A stretch of DNA of 32,000 bases, taken from Chlamydiota bacterium. GTDB taxonomy: Bacteria > Auribacterota > JACPWU01. A program made the translations under genes and the position numbers. The stretch is from positions 73,052 through 105,051 of the forward strand of contig JACPWU010000003.1 of NCBI GenBank assembly GCA_016196885.1, in the 5' to 3' direction. The notes under the pieces are model-generated. The model ran no database searches. It was not told the DNA's origin and saw only the letters and a program-made list of their open reading frames with translations. Shown here piece after piece: positions 1 to 7,100 of the stretch (its first letter is position 1; every line of letters begins with the position of its first letter).

Positions 1-2
1 GT

Positions 3-1988
3 GTGGAGCCTGCTCAAATTATTGAAATGTTTTATCCTTCAGAATTTGATCTTGGGGGAGGGGGGGATGAGGGGGGTGATGGATCTCTTGAATCCAATGA
101 GGATTTTGAAGGTGAGAGTTCTTTGGCTCCTTTAGAAGCAGAAGATTTGGTGATGGAGGCGTGGGGTCATTGGGGGGAGTTTGGTTCATTGAATAGATCC
201 CCTGAAGGGACTGTACAGAGAATGGGGCGGATTCAACATGATATGACCTTTGCCCGTGGTTTTCTAGCCAGGGCAGAAGGGGCTTCGGATGTTTCGAAAA
301 GCTTGGTTTTGTTAAATAATGCAGAAGTGCTCTTAAATTCGGCATGGGAATCTATATCGGAAGCTGATCAATTAGGCCTAGATCTTGACCTGCAGTTAGG
401 GGTGGATGTTCTTAATGAATTGCTGCGACTCGAAAAGATCAGAGAAAAGATTTCTGGGGGAGAAGCTTCTTCAAAACTCAATGGGCATAAAACGGTAACT
501 CCCCCAGCCCCTCTTACTCCAAGAGGGGGGAAAACTGTGGATCTAAGAGCGGGGAAAGCTGCAGATCTAAGAGGGGGGGGAACTGCAGATCAGGGTTCTT
601 TAAATTTTTCTCGTACTTTAAGTATGGATCCCACGATTTTGCTCGTCTTATCTCAAATTTTTTATGGATTTGTCTGGGTTAGTTTGGGGGTTCTCTTACT
701 GGCAGGTTTAATCGGATGGTATGTGGGGTCTCATTCTCAAAACGAAAGTCCCAGTTTGAAAAAGATGGCAGGGATTGCGATTTTAATCTTGGGGCTTTTT
801 GGGATTGCGATTTCTGCTTCTTCTGACCTTTCAAATCAGCCTTTGGCTGCATTGCTGCCTCAGCAGACTTCTGATCTGCAAGTAATTGCAAGTAAAACAG
901 AAACTCCCAGAGTTGACGGACCAGTGATAGAAGAGAAAAGAGATGAACTAAAGCTAGTTGAGATTGCTCCACCTCTTAAGTTTGTAGAGCAGCAAACTTA
1001 TACATGTTATTTGATTGCTTCTCCAAGTGATGAAACAGAAGAGGGAGATGAAGATGATGAGGAGCTGGATGAGATGACCCCTGTAGAGGCAGTGGCAGAT
1101 GATGGAAGTGAACCAGATTATTTTGATATTGATTATTATGCAAGAGGAGCATCATCTTACACAATTTCTTATCGTTCTCACATGTTCGGAGTTTTTCCGT
1201 ATGAGATCTCGGGAAAAGGGGATGCCGAAGATGAAAATATAGAAGATCAAGAAAAGGTCATCCCCGACTTCATGACCCCCCCTCCCGAAATCATCGAAAT
1301 GATTATTCAAACATTTGTGAGAGAAGCCAAGGGGAATGGCCTGGATGATGCAGCCTTCAAAGAAGAGGCTGAAAAATTGGCTCGGGCCTTGCTCAGACCT
1401 GATGTGACGCCTCAAGATATCGAAGCAGCTGCAGATGCGATGATCGCGTTTGTTGCTGAAGACGGGGTTGAAAGTTCAGCTCAAGGAGCCAGTCTCGATG
1501 AGAGTGCGTTACGAAAAATGAAAGAAGATATTTTGCCGATTCTTTTTTATATGGCAGATCTTCCTTATGCCGAGTCGCTCATTTTTTCTGTGAGCGATGA
1601 TGGGTTGTCTCCGGAGCTTTTACGCCGTATGAATGTTTCTAAGGAGATGCTCAGAAAAGAGGTGGTTGTTGATCTAGGGGGTTCTGTAACCATCGATCTT
1701 ACCCCGATTTCTCCGAATCTTTTCTCGATCGTCTTAAAAGAAATTATGTCTGCTAATTCTGAATGGATGAAAACAGGAGTTCTTCCGATTCACATTGCAA
1801 CTTCTAGTACATTGCCAGAAGGCCTTGAGCTTGTCGCCATTTTTGATCGCGATAGGAACAAAATCAAAGTTTTCCCGATGACCACCCTGGGGGGTACGCC
1901 TCCACTGATCCTCACAAATCGCCGAACACAGACTGAACGTATCCGAGATCAGGCTGGAACTGCTGGTTTACGTGGAAGGCAGTATTAA
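3..1988 (+). CDS. Hypothetical acidic membrane protein, 5'-partial (frame open to the window edge); may be the C-terminal part of another large protein
   Basis: The ORF runs from the first complete codon of the window to TAA at 1986-1988. It has two hydrophobic helices (ILLVLSQIFYGFVWVSLGVLLLAGLIGWYV; MAGIAILILGLFGIAISA) and a very acidic stretch (EEGDEDDEELDE). I recognise no family. Confidence 0.6.
   Translation: MEPAQIIEMFYPSEFDLGGGGDEGGDGSLESNEDFEGESSLAPLEAEDLVMEAWGHWGEFGSLNRSPEGTVQRMGRIQHDMTFARGFLARAEGASDVSKSLVLLNNAEVLLNSAWESISEADQLGLDLDLQLGVDVLNELLRLEKIREKISGGEASSKLNGHKTVTPPAPLTPRGGKTVDLRAGKAADLRGGGTADQGSLNFSRTLSMDPTILLVLSQIFYGFVWVSLGVLLLAGLIGWYVGSHSQNESPSLKKMAGIAILILGLFGIAISASSDLSNQPLAALLPQQTSDLQVIASKTETPRVDGPVIEEKRDELKLVEIAPPLKFVEQQTYTCYLIASPSDETEEGDEDDEELDEMTPVEAVADDGSEPDYFDIDYYARGASSYTISYRSHMFGVFPYEISGKGDAEDENIEDQEKVIPDFMTPPPEIIEMIIQTFVREAKGNGLDDAAFKEEAEKLARALLRPDVTPQDIEAAADAMIAFVAEDGVESSAQGASLDESALRKMKEDILPILFYMADLPYAESLIFSVSDDGLSPELLRRMNVSKEMLRKEVVVDLGGSVTIDLTPISPNLFSIVLKEIMSANSEWMKTGVLPIHIATSSTLPEGLELVAIFDRDRNKIKVFPMTTLGGTPPLILTNRRTQTERIRDQAGTAGLRGRQY
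508..597 (+). repeat. Intragenic hairpin plus about 24-nt tandem repeat, translated in frame
   Basis: Hairpin CCCCTCTT-actcc-AAGAGGGG at 508-528 (translated PLTPRGG). It is followed by about 2.5 copies of CTG(T/C)(G/A)GATCTAAGAG(C/G)GGGG, translated TVDLRAGKAADLRGGGTAD. The repeat contains a G8 run at 573-580. Confidence 0.8.
1906..1982 (+). repeat. Direct repeat R1 (77 bp), the 3' end of ORF 3-1988
   Basis: TGATCCTCACAAATCGCCGAACACAGACTGAACGTATCCGAGATCAGGCTGGAACTGCTGGTTTACGTGGAAGGCAG matches 2651-2727 with 2 mismatches, by eye. Confidence 0.95.
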
Positions 1989-2041
1989 GATTCTTCAAAA
2001 TGTGTTACAATTGCCTCGTTATTTTGAGGAGAGGAGAGTCT

Positions 2042-2266
2042 ATGAATCCCTGTATAGAAATTAATCCACGCGTTTGCAGTGGGAAGCCAGTTATTTCGGG
2101 AACGAGAATTCCTATCACGGTCATTTTAGATCAACTGGCGGAGGGTCTTTCTCTTCAAGCACTTCTAACAAAATATCCTGAACTTTCTTTGGAACAAGTG
2201 ACGGGTGTTTTACGCTATTGTCATTCTGTTATAGAGCATACAGAACTAGAGAGGGAAATCATTTGA
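2042..2266 (+). CDS. DUF433-family protein (antitoxin-like partner of DUF5615)
   Basis: MNPCIEINPRVCSGKPVISGTRIPITVILDQLAEG...YPELSLEQV carries the DUF433 hallmark GKP.I.GTRI.V and the YP.L motif. GAGGAGAGGAGAG lies just upstream of ATG 2042. The stop overlaps the next start (TTGA). Confidence 0.8.
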   Translation: MNPCIEINPRVCSGKPVISGTRIPITVILDQLAEGLSLQALLTKYPELSLEQVTGVLRYCHSVIEHTELEREII

Positions 2267-2637
2267 AGTCTTTGCATTTATTGTTGGATCAAATGATAGA
2301 TTCAAATGTTGCAAACGAACTTTCTCAAGAGGGGTATGATGTCCTAAGAGTGTCTCAAGTCGGTATGGCGAGATCAGATGATGAAGAGATTTTCAGTCTT
2401 GCCATTAGAGACAAGAGAATTTTGATCACATTGGATGAGCATTTTGGAGATTGGGCGGTCCTTCCTTTGAACCAAATACATTCAGGAGTGATTCGAGTGA
2501 GGGTTAAGCCTACTTCTGGACGTGCGATTGCTTCTCTCTTAATTCCTTTTTTAGATAAACACAAACAAAAAAGTTTTAACAATTATCTTGTTATTATTGG
2601 GGTTTCAGGTTCTCGCTGGGTTAAAACTGTTGCCTAA
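2263..2637 (+). CDS. DUF5615-family (Mut7-C/PIN-like) putative toxin
   Basis: LKSLHLLLDQM...LSQEGYDVLRV...DDEEIFSLAIRDKRILITLDEHFGD fits the DUF5615 pattern (LLD.n, G.dv, D.ei...A, ilvT.D.DF). A TTG at 2263 overlaps the upstream TGA by 4 nt. ATG 2293 is an alternative start. Confidence 0.7.
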   Translation: MKSLHLLLDQMIDSNVANELSQEGYDVLRVSQVGMARSDDEEIFSLAIRDKRILITLDEHFGDWAVLPLNQIHSGVIRVRVKPTSGRAIASLLIPFLDKHKQKSFNNYLVIIGVSGSRWVKTVA

Positions 2638-2650
2638 CGGCTCAAGCATT

Positions 2651-2727
2651 TGATCCCCACAAATCGCCGAACACCGACTGAACGTATCCGAGATCAGGCT
2701 GGAACTGCTGGTTTACGTGGAAGGCAG
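2651..2727 (+). repeat. Direct repeat R2 (77 bp), orphan copy of the ORF 3-1988 3' end
   Basis: Differs from R1 at 2 positions. It continues to ATGTAA, so it would encode ...RIRDQAGTAGLRGRQM*. It sits between the two TA pairs. Confidence 0.95.
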
Positions 2728-2809
2728 ATGTAAACTGTGATAGAATGTTAAGAGTAGCCAGGGAAAAGGCCATTCTGAAGATTCTACAATATTCTGTGAG
2801 GATGATGCG

Positions 2810-3139
2810 ATGTTTCTGAGTCCGCAAGAACGCTCTGCGTTGCAAGATTTCAAAAAAGTTTTACTAGAACGCTTCCGTTCGCAAGTGAGCGAAATATTTC
2901 TTTTTGGTTCCAAGGCGCGTGGCGATTCGAAAAGTGATTCGGACATTGATGTTTTGGTGATCACCCAGCAAGATGACTGGAAACTCAAGGATAAAATAGG
3001 ACGACTTGCAACGGATATTCTTCTCGACGAAGGTATTTATTTGTCTATTAAAGTATTAGGGCAAAAACATTATCAATACATGAAATGGTTGGAGGCGCCG
3101 TTTATTAAGAATGTTTTAAAAGAGGGTATTCTTGTGTGA
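2810..3139 (+). CDS. MNT-type nucleotidyltransferase (antitoxin of a HEPN/MNT pair)
   Basis: LFGSKARGDSKSDSDIDVLVI matches the minimal nucleotidyltransferase signature GS.ARG-x(n)-SD.D. GAGGA lies upstream of ATG 2810. The stop overlaps the next start (GTGA). Confidence 0.85.
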   Translation: MFLSPQERSALQDFKKVLLERFRSQVSEIFLFGSKARGDSKSDSDIDVLVITQQDDWKLKDKIGRLATDILLDEGIYLSIKVLGQKHYQYMKWLEAPFIKNVLKEGILV

Positions 3140-3549
3140 ATATTGATGAAAAAATTCTCGAATATATTCGAGAGGAAATGAAAAAAGCAGATCGTGCCTT
3201 GAAATCGGCTCAAAAACTTTTGTCGGAGTCCCTGACTGAGGATGCTGTTTCCCGTGCTTACTATGCAGTGTTTCATGGTGCTCGTTCGGCACTGATGTTG
3301 AAAGGAATTGAAACGGGTTCCCATAAAGGTTTAATCAGTCAGTTTGCAATGCATTTGGTGAAGCCAGGTTTGATAGAGGTTGAATATAGCGATATTTTGA
3401 GGCAGGAAAAAGAGGATCGAGAAACAGGAGATTACGAGACTTTTGTCACCTTCAGCAGTGAAGAAGCTATGAAGTTGGTGAACGATGCTCAAAAATTTGT
3501 CTTGCGAATACGAAAATTTCTGCAGGACCAGTCTGGAATTGTCCTTTAG
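3136..3549 (+). CDS. HEPN-domain protein (toxin of a HEPN/MNT pair)
   Basis: AVSRAYYAVFHGARSALMLKGIETGSHKGLISQF and the later RETGDYE fit the HEPN (PF05168-like) helix pattern. It is translationally coupled to the MNT gene. Confidence 0.8.
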   Translation: MNIDEKILEYIREEMKKADRALKSAQKLLSESLTEDAVSRAYYAVFHGARSALMLKGIETGSHKGLISQFAMHLVKPGLIEVEYSDILRQEKEDRETGDYETFVTFSSEEAMKLVNDAQKFVLRIRKFLQDQSGIVL

Positions 3550-3613
3550 GGATAAAGATGGAAAATTTTTATAGGCATATGCACTTGGCTCCAGTATTCT
3601 TGATCCCTCAAGC

Positions 3614-3670
3614 GTAGTCGCCCGATTTATCGGGCAATCCATGTATGGCCCCATAAATGGGGCGACTACA
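3614..3670 (-). repeat. REPIN-like palindromic element, copy A (inverted orientation, 11-nt spacer)
   Basis: GTAGTCGCCCGATTTATCGGGC-aatccatgtat-GGCCCCATAAATGGGGCGACTACA. Its reverse complement matches copies B and C, except for the longer central spacer. Confidence 0.85.
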
Positions 3671-3699
3671 AATGGACGACACTTTTCCCCAATCTTTTC

Positions 3700-3758
3700 T
3701 CGATTTGCCCAACGGCAACGGGTCGAATCCGAGAACAAGCGGGGACTGCTGGTTTACA
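3700..3758 (+). repeat. Degenerate third copy (R3) of the R1/R2 repeat
   Basis: GATTTGCCCAACGGCAACGGGTCGAATCCGAGAACAAGCGGGGACTGCTGGTTTAC aligns with the distal part of R1/R2 (AAATCGCCGAACACAGACTGAACGTATCCGAGATCAGGCTGGAACTGCTGGTTTAC). Identity is roughly two thirds, by eye. Confidence 0.55.
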
Positions 3759-3803
3759 TCTCTCCATTTTAATCTCTTTAATCCTCCTCCTTTAAGCCAG
3801 ATT

Positions 3804-4007
3804 TTACAATAGACGCGAGAACTCAAGAGCAAGAGCTTGAGCCAGACAGGCCTTTGCAGTCCCTGTGGGATTGGCCTGAAGAAAGCGCAGGTATGCATAA
3901 AAAGATGCCTGTCGAGCATTTCTGAAGGCCAAGTACCCCAAGATGTTGCGTCGAATTCCGCGGCCTATTGCAAAATCTGGGTTTAAAGACGAGATCCTTC
4001 GTCGCAA
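3804..4007 (-). pseudogene. Possible truncated four-helix-bundle (23S rRNA IVS protein family) gene fragment
   Basis: RRRISSLNPDFAIGRGIRRN...ARQASFYAYLRFL resembles the family core RRAAVSIPSNIAEG.GR...F..IARGS..EL.TQL. The N-terminal half is absent: there is an in-frame stop 4 codons upstream and only a TTG start. Confidence 0.3.
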
Positions 4008-4171
4008 AAGAGCTCCTCAGGATGACAAATGAGGGAGGTTCTAGAACGGATCTTATTTTTAACTTTCTCTCCTAGAGTAACTTAAATTATTAAAAACTCC
4101 TCATTTTTCTTTTGACCTTCTGGCCCTTTCAGATGTCTTTAATGTTGAAAGCTGTTATAGCAAGGTACCTT

Positions 4172-7100
4172 ATGACAAGTTTCAATGTAAATTATGAAAA
4201 ATCCTTTCGGAAATTCGTTTCCACTCTCCTTTTAATCACTTTTTCATTTACGTATCTTGTTCAAGATACGGGATTTGCACAAGAACTCAATACAGCGTAT
4301 AGCGTTCAGCGGACAGCGGACAGAAAACCAGCGGATACGATTTCTCCTAAATCAGCTCTGCTTGAAGTTTCTCATGGTGCAGAGGTTTCCATCCCCGCAA
4401 ACTTAGGCGATGTCATTGACCGCTATGAAGGCAAAGACGACCGCATGATTATTCAGATTCAAGACGTGCACTGCCATTTCGAGGCCCAGTCTAATACCGC
4501 TAAAATTATTTCTGACCTTCTCCAGAAACATGGGGATCACGGTCTTAAGATGATCGGTCTTGAGGCGGCAGAGGGTTCTGTGGATACAACTCTTTTGACT
4601 TCCTATCCTGATAAAAAACTTCGAAAAGTCCTCGCCGAATACCTCATGAAAAAAGGAAAAATTTCCGGTGCTGAATATCTTTCTATCATTCAAGATAAAC
4701 CGCTTCCTCTTGAAGGCGTAGAAAACATGTTTCATTATTTTGAACATCTCTTCCAATTTGACCGAGGGTTGGATGTAAAAGACAAAGCCTTGCCCATTTT
4801 GGACAAAATAGAAAAGGCAATTACAGATCTGCGCGAAAAAATTTATTCCCAAGAAGTGTTGGAAGTTTTGAACAAAGAGAAGTCCTATTTGGAAGGGGAT
4901 ACTCAGATTGATGAGTATGGAAAATATTTGGTAGACCAGGCGTTAACTCTTAAGCTGGATGTTGGGGGGCAGAAAAATTTTCAAGGCATGATGAAAGTGG
5001 CAGATTTAGAAAAGCAAATAGATCTTAAAAAAGTAGAAGAGGAAAGAGTTCATGTCCTTGAGATTTTAAGCAGAAAGCTCGTGAAAGAAGAGATGGTAGA
5101 ACTGATGACGAAGAGTTTGTATTACAGACTCGAGAAAATGGATGCGTGGGAATATTATGAATATTTAAAGACTGTCGTGAGTCCCGCGGGGACTATAAAA
5201 ACATGTCGTGAGTCGTTAGGGGTGAGTGGTCAGAATTCAACGTTAGAGAAAACTTATCCCAACCTCTCAAAATATATCCAAATGACTGAAATATTTCACG
5301 AGATCAAGAGTGATGAGCTTTTGAAGGAATGTGAAAAGATATCAGAGGAAGTACAGGATAAGTTGTTAAAGACCAAAGAAGAAAAGGCGCTCAGGCAAAT
5401 TGAGAAAGACTTTATTATTTTGAGAAACTTTTTTGAATTGGAGATGAAGAAGAGTGAGTTTCAATATTATGTGGAGAATAAGGAGAGGGTTTCAGCAAAA
5501 AACATAGTGGATGGGTTGGAAGAAATCCAGGATCCAGGGTCCAGGGTCCAGGGTAACTCCCCTCGGTCCCCTCTTAAACTAAGAGGGGAGGAAAAACAAA
5601 AACAAGAGCAAACAAAGAGCGCTTTTCCTATTTTAAAAGGGGAGGAAAAGCAGAGATGGGTAACGTCCCCTCCCCTTAGTTTAAGGGGAGATGGAGGGGT
5701 TACAAATGACGACATCACATTCCTCGACTCTCATCTCAAAGACCTCGAACAATTCTATCGCTATTCAGACAATCGTGAAGAGGCGATGGTCCAGAACACG
5801 CTCCGGAAAATGAAAGAGAACGAGAGCCCGATTGCGATTCTATACGCGGGAGGATTTCATACGGATGGACTCACGAAGCGCTTGGAAGAAGAGGGCGTGT
5901 CTTATGTCGTTGTTGCTCCCAGAATCACACAATTCAAACTCAAGACCCCGTATTTATCTATTATCAAGAACGAGCCTTCGAAATTAGAGAAAATGTTGAT
6001 GGATTTGGAGAAGAAAGAAAAGGGGACGATGGCGACTCTACCGTTAGAGGGAGATCTAAAAACAGAAGTTGCTGCTCTCAGTGGTTTGGAGGCAGATGAT
6101 CCAGCACGAGTGAATGGAGAGGAAACGATTCGGCTTCAAATAGCAGCTCTTAGATCGGCTTTGATCGTACGTGGGCTGCTAAATTCCGATATTTCGGCAA
6201 ATGATATTACTTTCACTCGAGAAGGTGACACCGTCACTATTCTCATTTCTGGCATTCCCAGATTTCAAATCACCCTGAATTCTGAAAATAAAAATAATCC
6301 TGAAAAGTTGGTGGAGAGTATTGTGCCTATTGAAGTTTCTGCTCCGACTGAGCAAACATCGGAGTGGGTAGGTGGCCCTCTTCGTAGTTTGGACGGAAGT
6401 TATCAGGCGTTAGAGAGTGAGGAGATTAAGACGTTGAAAGGTCTTGCAAGCAAAAAAGGGGGATATGCGATTCCTTCCAGTACGGAAACGTTTGGTGATG
6501 ACGAGGTGGTTTGTCGCGTGGTGGATTATGATGAAAAGAAGGGAGACCCTGTTTATGATATTTTTCAGCCGCACAGTATCAAGGCCTACCATTATATGGC
6601 GGCAGCCGTTCCAAATTCTGAAAGACCAGGTTTAACAAGAATAGTGGTTTATGCGTTTCTCCCTCGTAGGCTTGACGAAAGGGAATACGCTTTTCGCAAG
6701 AGGCATGAAATTTTAGAATCGCTTTGGGAGTACAAGCTTAAAAAAGAGGGAATAGCCTACCGGAACCGCCTGGAAAAGAATCCTTCAACTCCTCAACCTC
6801 TCTGGATGCAATTAGGCCTTTCTCGGGATGTTGCGGCTCATATCCTCGCTTGGGGACAGCATGTTCTCGAAGAGGGTTGGGATAATATTGAACAGTGCCC
6901 CTTCTTGAAAGAAGAAATTCAAAAATTAAATCTTGCCCAACTTCAGGCCATTTATTCTGACGAAACCATTCAAGAGAGAAATCGCATTCATAATCCTTTG
7001 AGAAAACATTATCTTTCAGGTTTTAACGATGCCGATTGGCAGCGACTTGAGACCTTTGAAAATTCTGTGAGGGATTTGGCCAGAAGACTTACTTTTCCTT

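Larger units (their letters stand above)
4384..5935 (+). other. Conserved 'head' domain shared with gene 2 (Tiki/TraB/ChaN/erythromycin-esterase-like motif pattern, tentative)
   Basis: Motifs are IQDVHCH (about 4463-4477), GLEAAEG, and AGGFHTDGL (about 5848) followed by VVVAPRITQ. It aligns by eye with 18970-20390. Confidence 0.5.

Noticed and set aside
1994-2033. Sigma70-type promoter for the first TA pair; a similar search was made upstream of 4172 and 18801
   Set aside because: Candidate -35/-10 hexamers (TTCAAA, TTACAA / TATTTT) have poor spacing or poor matches. I could not support any promoter call by eye.
2000-2041. ATG 2000 as the start of the DUF433 ORF
   Set aside because: The GAGGAGAGGAGAG motif lies inside this extension, just before ATG 2042, and the DUF433 similarity starts at MNPCIEINP.
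1906-3758. Integron cassette array (attC sites) or CRISPR array as an explanation for the repeated units around the TA pairs
   Set aside because: The repeats are direct copies of a gene 3' end, not imperfect-palindrome attC sites. No integrase and no cas genes are present. There are only three copies, with gene-sized unequal 'spacers'.
3331-3919. Minus-strand ORFs 3331-3738 and 3608-3919
   Set aside because: They overlap the HEPN gene, the REPIN copy and the degenerate R3 repeat. No motifs are recognised, so they are likely spurious.
4112-4171. TTG 4112 and ATG 4133 as starts of giant gene 1
   Set aside because: Neither has an RBS-like motif upstream. ATG 4172 has AAGG upstream and gives an N-terminus parallel to gene 2. 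This remains uncertain.
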